From the NCBI GenBank assembly GCA_029856145.1, contig JAHQWK010000004.1, positions 160,001 through 224,000 of the forward strand: a stretch of 64,000 nucleotides of DNA, in the 5' to 3' direction. Origin of the DNA: Promethearchaeia archaeon. GTDB taxonomy: Archaea > Asgardarchaeota > Lokiarchaeia > Sigyniarchaeales > SOKP01. This document shows, one piece after another, positions 41,440 to 51,230 of this stretch (its first letter is position 1; each line of letters begins with the position of its first letter). Below the pieces are notes generated by a model that saw only the letters and a program-made list of their open reading frames with translations, made no database searches and was not told the DNA's origin. Both the position numbers and the translations under genes were made by a program.

Positions 41440-42633
41440 ATGAAATTAACATCAGAAGAACAGGACACGCTGGATGGCAAGCACGGTAAAGCTGCCCAAA
41501 AATCAATGGAAATTTTAACCACATTGGGCGAAATATTTGATGCTGAATGCATGATCGATGTATATGGCGTTCAGATAGCTGGAGTATCGTACGCCAATCT
41601 AGGGGAAGCAGGTTTGGAATTCTTAAGCGAAATGGCAGAAGATGGAAAAGTTAGAGTTTTAGCGACATTAAATCCAGCAGGAATGGATCGTGAAAATTGG
41701 CAAGCTTTAGGAATAGATGAAGAATTTGCTAAAAATCAGAATCGAGCAATTGATGCATTTGCCAAAATGGGTATAATTACAACATGCTCTTGTACCCCAT
41801 ATTTAATTGGAAATGCTCCACACTACGGTCAACATCTTGCATGGGCTGAAAGTAGTGCTGTATGTTATGCAAACTCAGTTATAGGTGCTAGAACTAACCG
41901 TGAGGGTGGTCCAAGTGCTTTAGCTTCAGCTATAACCGGAAAAACGCCAAAATATGGTTATCATTTAGATGAACATCGTCATGGAGAGGTATTAGTTAAA
42001 ATAAATGCTCCAATTAAAGGTACTGATGGATTTGGTGTTTTGGGAAAAATAATTGGGGATAAATTAGTCGAGTTAGGAAAGAAAATTCCTTATATAACAG
42101 GAATTCCTTCTGCTACAGTTGAAGAACTCAAATCTTTTTGTGCATCAGTTGCGACTTACGGTGGAACAGCTTTATTCCATATGAAAGGTATAACTCCAGA
42201 ATATAATAATTATCAGAAACCTAGTGATATTGTTTTTGAAATTAATCAAGATGACTTAGATAGAACGCGATTGGAACTTATTGATGATGATATTGAGATA
42301 GATTTTGTTAGTATAGGGTGCCCTCATGCTTCAATTCACGAAATTGCAAAGATTGCGAGCTTATTGAAGGGAAAGAAAGTAAAAAAAGAATTTTGGATCA
42401 CGACTGCTCGACCTACAAAAAGAATTGCTGATGAAGCGGGTTATTCTAAAATAATTGAAAATGCAGGAGCGAAATTTGCAGCAGATACTTGTTGTGTTGT
42501 TGCTCCAATTAAAGAACGTTTTAAAGGAATTATGGTAGATTCAGCAAAAGCTTGTTATTATGGTCGTGCAAAGAACAAATTTAAAGTAAAAATTGGTTCA
42601 GTTGAAGAATGTGTTGAGGAGGCAATAAAATGA
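41440..42633 (+). CDS. Aconitase X large subunit; by context phosphomevalonate dehydratase large subunit
   Basis: TLNP, CSCTPY, WAESSA, GARTNREGG, GCPH, DTCCVVAP, DSAKACYY. Confidence 0.9.
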   Translation: MKLTSEEQDTLDGKHGKAAQKSMEILTTLGEIFDAECMIDVYGVQIAGVSYANLGEAGLEFLSEMAEDGKVRVLATLNPAGMDRENWQALGIDEEFAKNQNRAIDAFAKMGIITTCSCTPYLIGNAPHYGQHLAWAESSAVCYANSVIGARTNREGGPSALASAITGKTPKYGYHLDEHRHGEVLVKINAPIKGTDGFGVLGKIIGDKLVELGKKIPYITGIPSATVEELKSFCASVATYGGTALFHMKGITPEYNNYQKPSDIVFEINQDDLDRTRLELIDDDIEIDFVSIGCPHASIHEIAKIASLLKGKKVKKEFWITTARPTKRIADEAGYSKIIENAGAKFAADTCCVVAPIKERFKGIMVDSAKACYYGRAKNKFKVKIGSVEECVEEAIK

Positions 42634-43019
42634 AATTAGCTGGTAGAAAAATCTTTAAAGGTACTGCTGAGGCAGAAGCAATTGTTACACAAGATGGAAT
42701 TTCTTTTTATGGTGGTATTGACCCTGATACAGGAAAAGTAGTTGAAGTTGGCCATGAGCTTGAAGGACAATCGATATCAGGAAAAGTGTTGGTTTTTCCA
42801 ACCGGTAAAGGATCAACAGTGGGATCTTATACCATGTATAGAATGAAAAAGAATAACACTGCTCCTGTTGCAATCGTTAATAAAGAAATCGATACAATTG
42901 TTGCAGTAGGGTGTATAATCAGCGAAATTCCTTGTGTGGATAAAATTGATATAAGTAATATCAAAACAGGACAAAAAATTATTGTTAATGGTTCTGAAGG
43001 AACTGTGGAGGTAAAATAA
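42630..43019 (+). CDS. Aconitase X swivel domain (DUF126); phosphomevalonate dehydratase small subunit
   Basis: ISFYGGIDPDTG, GKVLVFPTGKGSTVGSY; overlaps the large-subunit stop. Confidence 0.9.
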   Translation: MKLAGRKIFKGTAEAEAIVTQDGISFYGGIDPDTGKVVEVGHELEGQSISGKVLVFPTGKGSTVGSYTMYRMKKNNTAPVAIVNKEIDTIVAVGCIISEIPCVDKIDISNIKTGQKIIVNGSEGTVEVK

Positions 43020-43986
43020 ATGGGAGTCGGAAAAGGATATGGAAAGACCATACTTTTTGGTGAAATTATTTTCCTATTTCAGGAATAAACACTATCATTT
43101 TGTTGTGTATGGTCTTCCAGCAATCGCATCAGCTTTAGGATCCTCTACGACTGCTGAAGTTAAAGTAGTCAAGGGTAATGGTTGGACAGTTAATGATCAA
43201 AGACTTGCAACACCAGGTTACAAAAAGAAGAAATTCAATGAGGCAATACAATCAATTAAAAATGTAATTGAACATTTGAGAGTGGATACCGAGAATAAAA
43301 AACTTGAAATAAAATTTGCGGGGGATCTGATTGCCGCTAGCGGAGTAGGTGCTTCAGCTGCTCAATGTACATCACTTTCCCGAGCTTTAAATGACACGTT
43401 TAATCTCAAATTAACTGAAAAAAAGATAAATGAGGCAGCTTATGAAGGAGAGAAAGCCTATCATGGTACTCCTTCAGGTATTGATAACACAGCCTCTACT
43501 TATGGTGGTTTAATTTGGTTTGTTAAAAACTTGAGAGGGGGGGAAAATACGATGGAACTTCTACAGTCACCAAAGAAAATGCCCTTAGTAATAATAAATT
43601 CAGGAATAACAGCTTCTACAACAGAAGTAGTAGCTGATGTTCGACGTTTAAAAGAGGAATCTCCTTTAAAATTTGAAAAAATCTTTAATAATTATGAAAA
43701 ATTAGCATTAGCAGCAAAAAAAGCCTTACTTGAAGGAAATATTAACACTGTTGGTGACCTAATGAATCAAAACCACAAATTACTACAAGATATAACGGTA
43801 TCTGGAGAGATTAATGATAAATTAGTCGAAATCTCCTTACGAAATGGGGCTAAAGGTGCTAAAATGACAGGAACAGGGCGAGGTGGTTTGGTCATAGCAT
43901 TAGCTGAAAATGAAGAAATTCAAGATGAAATCGCCAAAACTATTGAAAAAAAAGGATATAATGCCTGGAAAACCATGATTGGATGA
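43020..43986 (+). CDS. mvk: Mevalonate kinase split by a 31-nt insertion; exons 43020-43064 and 43096-43986, 311 aa if spliced
   Basis: ATG directly follows the upstream TAA. Removing 43065..43095 restores GKTILFGEHFVVYG; also SGVGASAA, HGTPSGIDN, GAKMTGTGRGG. Confidence 0.9.
43065..43095 (+). other. Putative bulge-helix-bulge mRNA intron (31 nt) in mvk
   Basis: T GGTG AA|A TTATTTTCCT ATTTC AGGAATAAA CACT AT|C A; GGTG pairs with CACT; frameshifts the gene and has TAA in the exon-1 frame. Confidence 0.78.
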
Positions 43987-45892
43987 GTGGGAGTTAAAAT
44001 TGAAAAGTGATAATGAGATATTTCTATTAAAGTTAGGAGGTAGTTTATTAACTGATAAGAATAAACCTTTTTCTCTTAGAGAAGAGGTTTTAGAGAACTG
44101 TCTTAATCAAATTATTGAAAGTAAAAAATCAATTATTTTAATTCATGGAGGCGGATCATTTGGGCATCCAATTGCTAAAAAATATCAAATTTCTGAAGGA
44201 CTAAATGATACTGTCAAGGATCAAATAATTGGACTTTCAAAAACCCATGAGGTTATGAATAAATTTAATTCTATAATAATAAACAAATTATTAGATAAAG
44301 GATATCCCGCAATTTCGATTCAGCCTTCTAGTATTTTTGTAAAAGATTTTAATCAAATAAAAATAAATACAATAGAACCTATTGAAAAATTACTTGAACT
44401 TGGAATAATCCCGGTTTTATATGGTGATATTGTTTTAAGTTGGGATTCTTATTTTTCAATTCTTTCAGGAGATCAAATTATTTTAAAACTATGTGAAAAA
44501 ATTCAAAATTTTAAGATTTCAAAAGTCATATTTGCAATTGAAAAGGATGGTATCTTCATAAAAGACAATGGAAACGAAAAACTGGCTTTAAAATTAAGTT
44601 CCAACGATTTAAATAATCTAAAATTGGCTGAATTAGATCAAAAAATAGATGTTACTGGGGGGATAAAAGGTAAACTAGAAACAATTAAAGAAATAATAAA
44701 ATTTAATATCCCTGTTCAAATTGTTAATGGGCTTAAGAATAAAAATATTCTAAAGGCATTACTTAATCAATCTATAGAATGTACTAATATTAAAGTGCCA
44801 TCTGATAAAAGATTTGAAAATAAATTATATAATAGGAAGATAGAACACATAGAAATCCCTTTAAAGTATAATGTGCAACATTCAAAGAACTATTTTGATG
44901 ATATAAATCTACTTCATCATCCCCTACCGGAGTATGAATTAGAGGATATTGATCTTTCTGTTGATTTTTTTAAAAAAGAAATTTCAGCTCCTATATGTAT
45001 TGCAGCAATTACAGGTGGCCATGAAATTTCTAAAGCAATTAATAATATCTTAGCAAATGCTGCAAGTTCAGAAAATATTATTATGAGTGTTGGATCTCAA
45101 AGAATAGGCTTGGAGGATCCTTCCACCATTGATTCATTTAAAGTTGTACGTGATGTTGCCCCTAATATTCCAATAATAGGAAATTTGGGAGTTGGACAGT
45201 TATGTGATCCTAATTTTAATTTAGATCATTTTAATAAATGCATTGAGATGATTAATGCTGATGTTATGGCTATACATTTGAACGCTTTACATGAACTTAC
45301 TCAAAGTGATGGTAATCTTTCTTATAAAAATTTTGAAGAAATATTTAAAGAAATAAGAAAAAATCTGAAAATTCCAATTATAGCTAAAGAAGTGGGATCA
45401 GGGTTTAATAAGGAATTAGCGTTAAAACTCGATTCATTAGGAATTGATGGATTTGACGTTGGAGGAATGGGGGGTACTAGTTTTGCTGCAATAGAGTCAA
45501 TACGCGATGATTCTAGCTATGAAGTATATACTCGAAAGATTGCAGACACTTTTCGAGAATGGGGCATTCCAACACCCGTAAGTATAATCAATGTTAGAAA
45601 AGCCACTAAAAAACTTATAATAGCAACAGGAGGCTTAAGAAATGGTCTAGATATAGCCAAAGCAATCTCAATTGGAGCAAATATCGGGGGATTTGCATTT
45701 AAGTTTTTAAAAACAGCATGGCAAGATTATAAAAATAATACTTTGTCAAATACAATCAAGGAGATAAAAACGCTGAAACAAGAATTAAGATCCTCACTAT
45801 GGTTAATGAATATAGATAATATTGATAAGCTAATAGGTAATGACGATAAAAGGGTTTTATTGGGCAAATTATATCAATGGATAAATCAATGA
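43979..45892 (+). CDS. fni: Fusion of isopentenyl-phosphate kinase and type 2 isopentenyl-diphosphate isomerase
   Basis: N-terminal LKLGGS, HGGGSFGH, YGD, SGD, DVTGGI; C-terminal RKIEH, ITGG, GSQR, HLN, KEVGSG, GGTSF, ATGGLRNGLD. The start could be TTG at 44000. Confidence 0.9.
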   Translation: MDEWELKLKSDNEIFLLKLGGSLLTDKNKPFSLREEVLENCLNQIIESKKSIILIHGGGSFGHPIAKKYQISEGLNDTVKDQIIGLSKTHEVMNKFNSIIINKLLDKGYPAISIQPSSIFVKDFNQIKINTIEPIEKLLELGIIPVLYGDIVLSWDSYFSILSGDQIILKLCEKIQNFKISKVIFAIEKDGIFIKDNGNEKLALKLSSNDLNNLKLAELDQKIDVTGGIKGKLETIKEIIKFNIPVQIVNGLKNKNILKALLNQSIECTNIKVPSDKRFENKLYNRKIEHIEIPLKYNVQHSKNYFDDINLLHHPLPEYELEDIDLSVDFFKKEISAPICIAAITGGHEISKAINNILANAASSENIIMSVGSQRIGLEDPSTIDSFKVVRDVAPNIPIIGNLGVGQLCDPNFNLDHFNKCIEMINADVMAIHLNALHELTQSDGNLSYKNFEEIFKEIRKNLKIPIIAKEVGSGFNKELALKLDSLGIDGFDVGGMGGTSFAAIESIRDDSSYEVYTRKIADTFREWGIPTPVSIINVRKATKKLIIATGGLRNGLDIAKAISIGANIGGFAFKFLKTAWQDYKNNTLSNTIKEIKTLKQELRSSLWLMNIDNIDKLIGNDDKRVLLGKLYQWINQ

Positions 45893-45915
45893 GATTTCTA
45901 CAAAAGATGCAATTT

Positions 45916-46137
45916 TTAATATCTTGTATCAAAAATTTTATTCACTAGCTGGTAGCCTCTATTATTTTCATCCGAAAAGATACATCTATGCCTAATATCA
46001 TTCTTTTTTTGGGAATATTTCATACATCCCCAACATTGTACTTTAGCAAAACTGAACTTCTTTTTTTTATTTTGTTCTCTTACCTCTTCGCATATCTTTA
46101 ATGCAATTTCTTCTGGAATAAGGTCCTTTTCTTTCAT
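45916..46137 (-). CDS. Small Cys-containing hypothetical protein
   Basis: 73 aa with C...CWGC...C pattern. Confidence 0.6.
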   Translation of the reverse strand: MKEKDLIPEEIALKICEEVREQNKKKKFSFAKVQCWGCMKYSQKKNDIRHRCIFSDENNRGYQLVNKIFDTRY

Positions 46138-46263
46138 ATTCTTTCACGATGTATTATTTAAGATAGAATTTACCTATTTAAGATAGACTTATATTTATAA
46201 TTATTAAAATCATCAATAGACCAAATATTGAATATTAATCCAAATTGGACTTTTTTCCTTTCG

Positions 46264-46650
46264 CTAAAGATTTTTTTCTTCCAATGAAGTTTCAATTTCA
46301 TTAATAAAATCATAAAAAGCACCTATTTTTCCCTTAAAGCTTTTTACTTCTTCATTGTAAAGTTTTAAGAATTTATTTGATATCTTTTCTAATTCTTTAT
46401 TTACTTTTTTCTGATTGTATTTTTTTGATGATGTCGCAACGAGTATTAGGTTCATCTTCTTTATTATAGTGAATCTCGTATCTTTTAAATCGAAATTTGA
46501 TAAACCTCCTTCAGTTAATTGTTCAGCAAACATATTTAGTGCGCTCAACATTGCCCCAAAAAGTTGAGGAGAAACCACATTATCAAACTCTCTATGAAAA
46601 ATCACTATCCCTGATTTTTCCAAAATCCAAATATCTTGGAGTATTTTCAA
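46264..46650 (-). CDS. Stand-alone longin-like protein
   Basis: IWILEKSGIVIFHREF, LFGAMLSALNMFAEQL, terminal helix KELEKISNKFLKLY; GGAG SD. Confidence 0.7.
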   Translation of the reverse strand: MKILQDIWILEKSGIVIFHREFDNVVSPQLFGAMLSALNMFAEQLTEGGLSNFDLKDTRFTIIKKMNLILVATSSKKYNQKKVNKELEKISNKFLKLYNEEVKSFKGKIGAFYDFINEIETSLEEKNL

Positions 46651-46811
46651 TTAGACTCCTCGTTAAATCTCTATTAATTTATTAAAGTCAATAAAATCAT
46701 ACAAAAGTATAGTCTTTTATAAACTATCCTTTTTCATATATTATGAAATAAATATGTTTTTAATCTATTTTTAAGTTTTTGAAGCTTTCATTTATTAATT
46801 TCTAAACAACA

Positions 46812-47198
46812 TTAAACAAGATTATATTTTTTAATATGTTCAAAAATCTCATTAAAATAAGACAAGTCAAAAGGTTTTTTCAAATATCCCTCTGCTTTTG
46901 TTTCAAGCGCTTTTACTGCAACCTCTGCCTCAGTAACTCCGGTAAAATAGTATACAAGTACTTTATTGAATTTCTCTGTTGATTTAAGCATTTTACAAAA
47001 ATCATATCCATTCGAACCCGGTAAATTCACATCTAAGAATATTAATTTAGGTAAGCAAGTATCTAATACTTCCATTGCTAAAGAGATATTTTCAACAGCT
47101 CTACATGTATAGCCTTTTGATTCTAAAATTTCTGTTAATAGCATTTTTATATATTTGCTATCATCTATAATTAGAATCTCATATTGAAGATCCTCCAT
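46812..47198 (-). CDS. Single-domain response regulator
   Basis: IIDDS, LDVNLP, FTG, KKPF. Confidence 0.9.
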   Translation of the reverse strand: MEDLQYEILIIDDSKYIKMLLTEILESKGYTCRAVENISLAMEVLDTCLPKLIFLDVNLPGSNGYDFCKMLKSTEKFNKVLVYYFTGVTEAEVAVKALETKAEGYLKKPFDLSYFNEIFEHIKKYNLV

Positions 47199-47363
47199 TC
47201 CATATCAACTGTCAAATTTTTATCTTCATTATTTGAATAATAAAATTATCTTTCTTACATATCTTCAACAAAGAAAGATTTATTTAAAGTTGAGTTTTTA
47301 GATAAAACTGTGTAACAATATCATAAAATCACTAAAAGGGGATAATTTACACACAAATCTTTT

Positions 47364-48431
47364 TTAGAATTTTCTCTCTCTCACAAAATTTAATAAATCT
47401 TCATAGAATTCCATTTCAGATTGTTTAGTCTCACTTTTTAACCTATTTAAAGATAATCTTGCTTCTTGAAAATACGAATTTGCTAAAGCTTTGCATGATT
47501 TAATGACATCTGCTTTAAGAAACAAATCTTTAACACTTTGAACATCTTTATTCGTCATATCTGGCTTTTCTATTAATTCCTCAAGTTTAATCTTTTCCCT
47601 ATCCTCTAATTTATTCAAAGCATCAATCAGTAGACAAGTTTTCTTACCCTCTCTGATATCTCCATCTATTGGTTTACCAGTTACTTTTTCATCACCAAAT
47701 GTTCCTAAGATATCATCAATTATCTGGAAAATAATACCAAGATTTATACCATAAATCGAAAGATTCTTTAATATCTTCTCATTAACTTTCGCATAAGTTG
47801 CACCAATTAAAATTGATTTTTCCAATAATGCTCCAGTTTTAAGTGAAATCATCCTAATATAATCTGAAATTGTAAGATCTTTCTGGTTCACCATATCAGT
47901 TTCAATTAGTACACCATTAGCAATATCAATAAATCCTTGTTCATAATATTTAATGGCATTTAAATTCAAATCATTATTAAAATTGTTAAAAAGATAAGCT
48001 TCTAATCCTAAAAAAAAAGCTGAATCCCCTCCAATAATTCCTATTGAATTACCAAAATCAATATCGTTCATTTTCTTCAAATTGTATCGTTGATGATAAT
48101 TGCGGAATCTAAAGTGAAATGCAGGTTTTCCCCTTCTAAAATTATCTTTATCGATAATGTCGTCATGGATCAATGAGGCATTATGAAGGAATTCCACCCC
48201 AACACTTGGTAAAACAATTTTTTCATCTATTTTCTCATTAAAAGCATTAAAGCTAGCAATACATAATAATGGCCTGATTCTCTTTCCACCTGATAGAAAG
48301 TAATCCTTTAATTCTGAGTAGTAATCCTTTAAAAATGGGTTTTTTTTACTATTCAGTTTCCTATCATAGATCGATTTTATCGCGTTATTTATCTTAGGAA
48401 TATATTTCTTTGAGTATTCGATAAATTTCAT
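47364..48431 (-). CDS. idsA: trans-polyprenyl (geranylgeranyl) diphosphate synthase
   Basis: GGKRIRP, LIHDDIIDKDNFRRG, KTG, FQIIDDILG, DIREGKKT. Confidence 0.92.
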   Translation of the reverse strand: MKFIEYSKKYIPKINNAIKSIYDRKLNSKKNPFLKDYYSELKDYFLSGGKRIRPLLCIASFNAFNEKIDEKIVLPSVGVEFLHNASLIHDDIIDKDNFRRGKPAFHFRFRNYHQRYNLKKMNDIDFGNSIGIIGGDSAFFLGLEAYLFNNFNNDLNLNAIKYYEQGFIDIANGVLIETDMVNQKDLTISDYIRMISLKTGALLEKSILIGATYAKVNEKILKNLSIYGINLGIIFQIIDDILGTFGDEKVTGKPIDGDIREGKKTCLLIDALNKLEDREKIKLEELIEKPDMTNKDVQSVKDLFLKADVIKSCKALANSYFQEARLSLNRLKSETKQSEMEFYEDLLNFVRERKF

Positions 48432-48591
48432 TGAGTATCACGATTTTTTTATTAATACTGTATTTTATAGTCAGTATACTACATTTAATTTGCTAAAATA
48501 AAAGGAATTTCAGATTTTCAATACTCTTAACCATTAGAGAAAAAATTAAGATCTAATTTTTCATTAATTTGAAGTTTTAAATTTAATTAAA

Positions 48592-49509
48592 TCACCAAAT
48601 TAATTCAAAAACAATTTTAAATGTAGCTATTATATGAGGTTGTAATGTAATTTCGAGCTTATTTTGTGCATAATTATTAACTTTTGCTTTAATATCATTT
48701 TTTGGTTTTTCTTCAAGAAAGTTTACAATTATAACATTTTTAATAGATATTTTCTCGTAAAATGTTAAAATCGCTTTTTGAGGAATAGAAGATATATTAT
48801 AAAATCTTATAATAAGAGAATCTCCTTCTTCAGCTTGTTTTAATGCACTTAAAACGACACTTTTATTATCAATTTCAAGAAATCTAAAAATCGGTGGAAG
48901 GTAAGATTCAAATTGGTTCTTATTAGGTTTAAAAAGATAGGATAACACTCCAGTTGGCTTTAATACAACTTTATTTGACATTCTAAAGGGACTTTGAGCC
49001 ATTGCTGGAAAGATTGGTTTAAGCGGATTGTTAAATTCCTTTCCTTTAAGGTGTACTTCTGAATCTAACCAGTTTGATTCTGATGAAGTAACTACTGCTA
49101 ATTCAAATGAATATTTGCTGAGACATTGCGCACCTGGAGTACTAAAACCTGGACCTGCATGAGACATTCTAGACGCAAAATCATCACGGGATAGCCACTC
49201 AATACATCGTAAAAGAGTTATTACAAATGTAATTGTATTATCCTCATTTATTTTAGCTTCATATTCTGGCAAGCCCTTATTTAATACTGCAAAAGTGCTT
49301 GAATCATTACTAATGGAGACTTCTAAATTATCCTCTAAAGGAATGGTTTGGCCATCTAATACAAAATTACTATATTCAGGATCAGTTTTTAGAATATCCA
49401 ATAATTTATCCATCATAATTACAAGCCTAGCTCGAAATTCTTGAAAAGTGAGATACCACTCTCTATCCCAATGAGTTTCTGGAACGATTATGATATTATT
49501 TGCTTTCAT
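48592..49509 (-). pseudogene. GH38 alpha-mannosidase with a large in-frame internal deletion
   Basis: N-terminal THWDREWY...LDGQ...LEDNLEV joins directly to the C-terminal domain (AVLNKGLPEYE, ITLLRC, TPGAQC, LSALKQAE, IIRFYN); most of the catalytic and middle domains is absent. Confidence 0.75.
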
Positions 49510-49590
49510 TCTTATTGTACTCGAAAATAATTTGTTCTTTTCTTTATTAATAATTATTTAATTTACTTCTATAAGAATTTAAAATCTCAA

Positions 49591-51117
49591 TTAATTGGCA
49601 TCTAATATAGATTTACCAATTACACTTGTGTTTGGTTTTATTCCTAATAAATCCAATAAAGTTGGAACCATATCTGTTGTTTTACAATATGATAATTCTT
49701 TTGATGGAATTTCTAGAGAACCACCAATAATAAAAGGGACAATCATCGACTCTCTTAGTCCATTATCATGAGAGTATGGTGAATCACCAACTGTTTTTCC
49801 ATGTTCATAGTTGAAGTAATAATCACCTAAAGTCGAGACTATAATATCACAAGATCGAGGATTTTTGAAATAACGTGGAATTTGATCAACTATCATTGGA
49901 AAATTAATCTGATTTGTAGCTTCTAACCATTCATCTATGGTATGAAATTTATTATCAAGAATCCTGGCTGACTTCTCAATCTCGCTGTATTTATAAAAAT
50001 CATCTCCATCAAAAGTAAATCTTGTTTTTTGTTCTTTACCAAAACCCTGGTATTCTATCATTCCATTCATTCTTTTTTCAGAGCTCTTTTCTCGATATTC
50101 AATGTGAATTATTCCCTTTTCTGGCTTATTATTATCTTCTCTATAATACATATATTTAACACCTGGAATTTCCCAAAGAGTATCAATAAGGTTCAATTCA
50201 TGCTTTCCAACACCATTAGGTTTGAATTTTTGCATCTGTTGAATCGAGGGATGATGATGCCAAGTATCTCCTGGAAAATTAAAAAAGCCAACTGAACCAA
50301 AATTGCAATCAAAATCTCCGATCCCTTTCTCAGGAACGTATGGTTTTAACCCTTTTTTTTGAAAAAATGGTTCGAGGTCAAATAATTTTTTTGCTTTAAA
50401 ATTACCATGGTCAGAAATTATCCCAATTGCCGTACTATCATAATATCCCGTTTTTTTTAAAGTATTCATTAAAAACCCTAGATATTTATCACACTCAATT
50501 ATTAGGTTGATATAATCTTGATGGTCAAAACCTTTTTTATGCATAATTTCATCTGTATGAGGGACATAACCTACAGTTATTAACGGAACTTCTTTATTTG
50601 CATAATAATTCCCAGGATTTTGAAAAACGTCAGAAATATTTTTAAAAATAGGCTCCACATCAAAAAAATTTTCTGCAAGTACAAAATAAGCTCCACGATA
50701 TAAAAAACATGTAGAACTCAACATGTTTCCTTCAGGTGGTTGTTCAAAAATAGTTTTGACATTTTTTCCAATATCTTTATTTACTTTAAGTACATATTTC
50801 CTATCTCCATAATTTCGAATGAAGGGAAACTTTTTACTCGTTGATGGAGGGTCCATTCTATTAACCCAATGATACATTGGAATTCCACTTCCTTCCTTAG
50901 GAAAATACCCTGAATAAGCACCTGTTACAATGTTTCCATAACAAGGAAATGTAATGGCAGGATAAGATGTAACACAATTAAAACATTTAATCCCATCTTC
51001 AGCAATTTTTGCTATATTTGGAAGCCTTCCTTCCTTCATCAAGTTAAATAAATGCTCAGCGCGAACATCATCAAGGATGATTAATATAACTTGATTAACT
51101 TTATTGCTTCGACTCAT
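49591..51117 (-). CDS. Alkaline phosphatase superfamily (nucleotide pyrophosphatase/phosphodiesterase-like)
   Basis: ILDDVR, PAITFP (Thr nucleophile), TDEIMH, SDHG, DMVPTLLDLLG. Confidence 0.85.
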   Translation of the reverse strand: MSRSNKVNQVILIILDDVRAEHLFNLMKEGRLPNIAKIAEDGIKCFNCVTSYPAITFPCYGNIVTGAYSGYFPKEGSGIPMYHWVNRMDPPSTSKKFPFIRNYGDRKYVLKVNKDIGKNVKTIFEQPPEGNMLSSTCFLYRGAYFVLAENFFDVEPIFKNISDVFQNPGNYYANKEVPLITVGYVPHTDEIMHKKGFDHQDYINLIIECDKYLGFLMNTLKKTGYYDSTAIGIISDHGNFKAKKLFDLEPFFQKKGLKPYVPEKGIGDFDCNFGSVGFFNFPGDTWHHHPSIQQMQKFKPNGVGKHELNLIDTLWEIPGVKYMYYREDNNKPEKGIIHIEYREKSSEKRMNGMIEYQGFGKEQKTRFTFDGDDFYKYSEIEKSARILDNKFHTIDEWLEATNQINFPMIVDQIPRYFKNPRSCDIIVSTLGDYYFNYEHGKTVGDSPYSHDNGLRESMIVPFIIGGSLEIPSKELSYCKTTDMVPTLLDLLGIKPNTSVIGKSILDAN

Positions 51118-51230
51118 CTTAATCTAAAATTTGATAATAATTTATATAAATTTAAAATAAAATATTGTTGTATAGAATTTGAATTTTTAATTATTAAATA
51201 TTAACAAGAAATAATAAGAAAAACAATAAA

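Noticed and set aside
38076-42633. ubiX/ubiD as ubiquinone genes and AcnX as a TCA aconitase
   Set aside because: Operon context with hmgA, mvk and ipk fits the modified mevalonate pathway.
43039-43095. Track start MERPYFLVKLFSYFRNKHY for mevalonate kinase
   Set aside because: It lacks the GKxILFGE motif, which is encoded in another frame from ATG 43020; the ORF merely reads through the insert.
43020-43100. Programmed frameshift or homopolymer error as the explanation for split mvk
   Set aside because: Either would leave about 10 extra residues inside the GEH motif and would not explain the hairpin and exon-pairing geometry.
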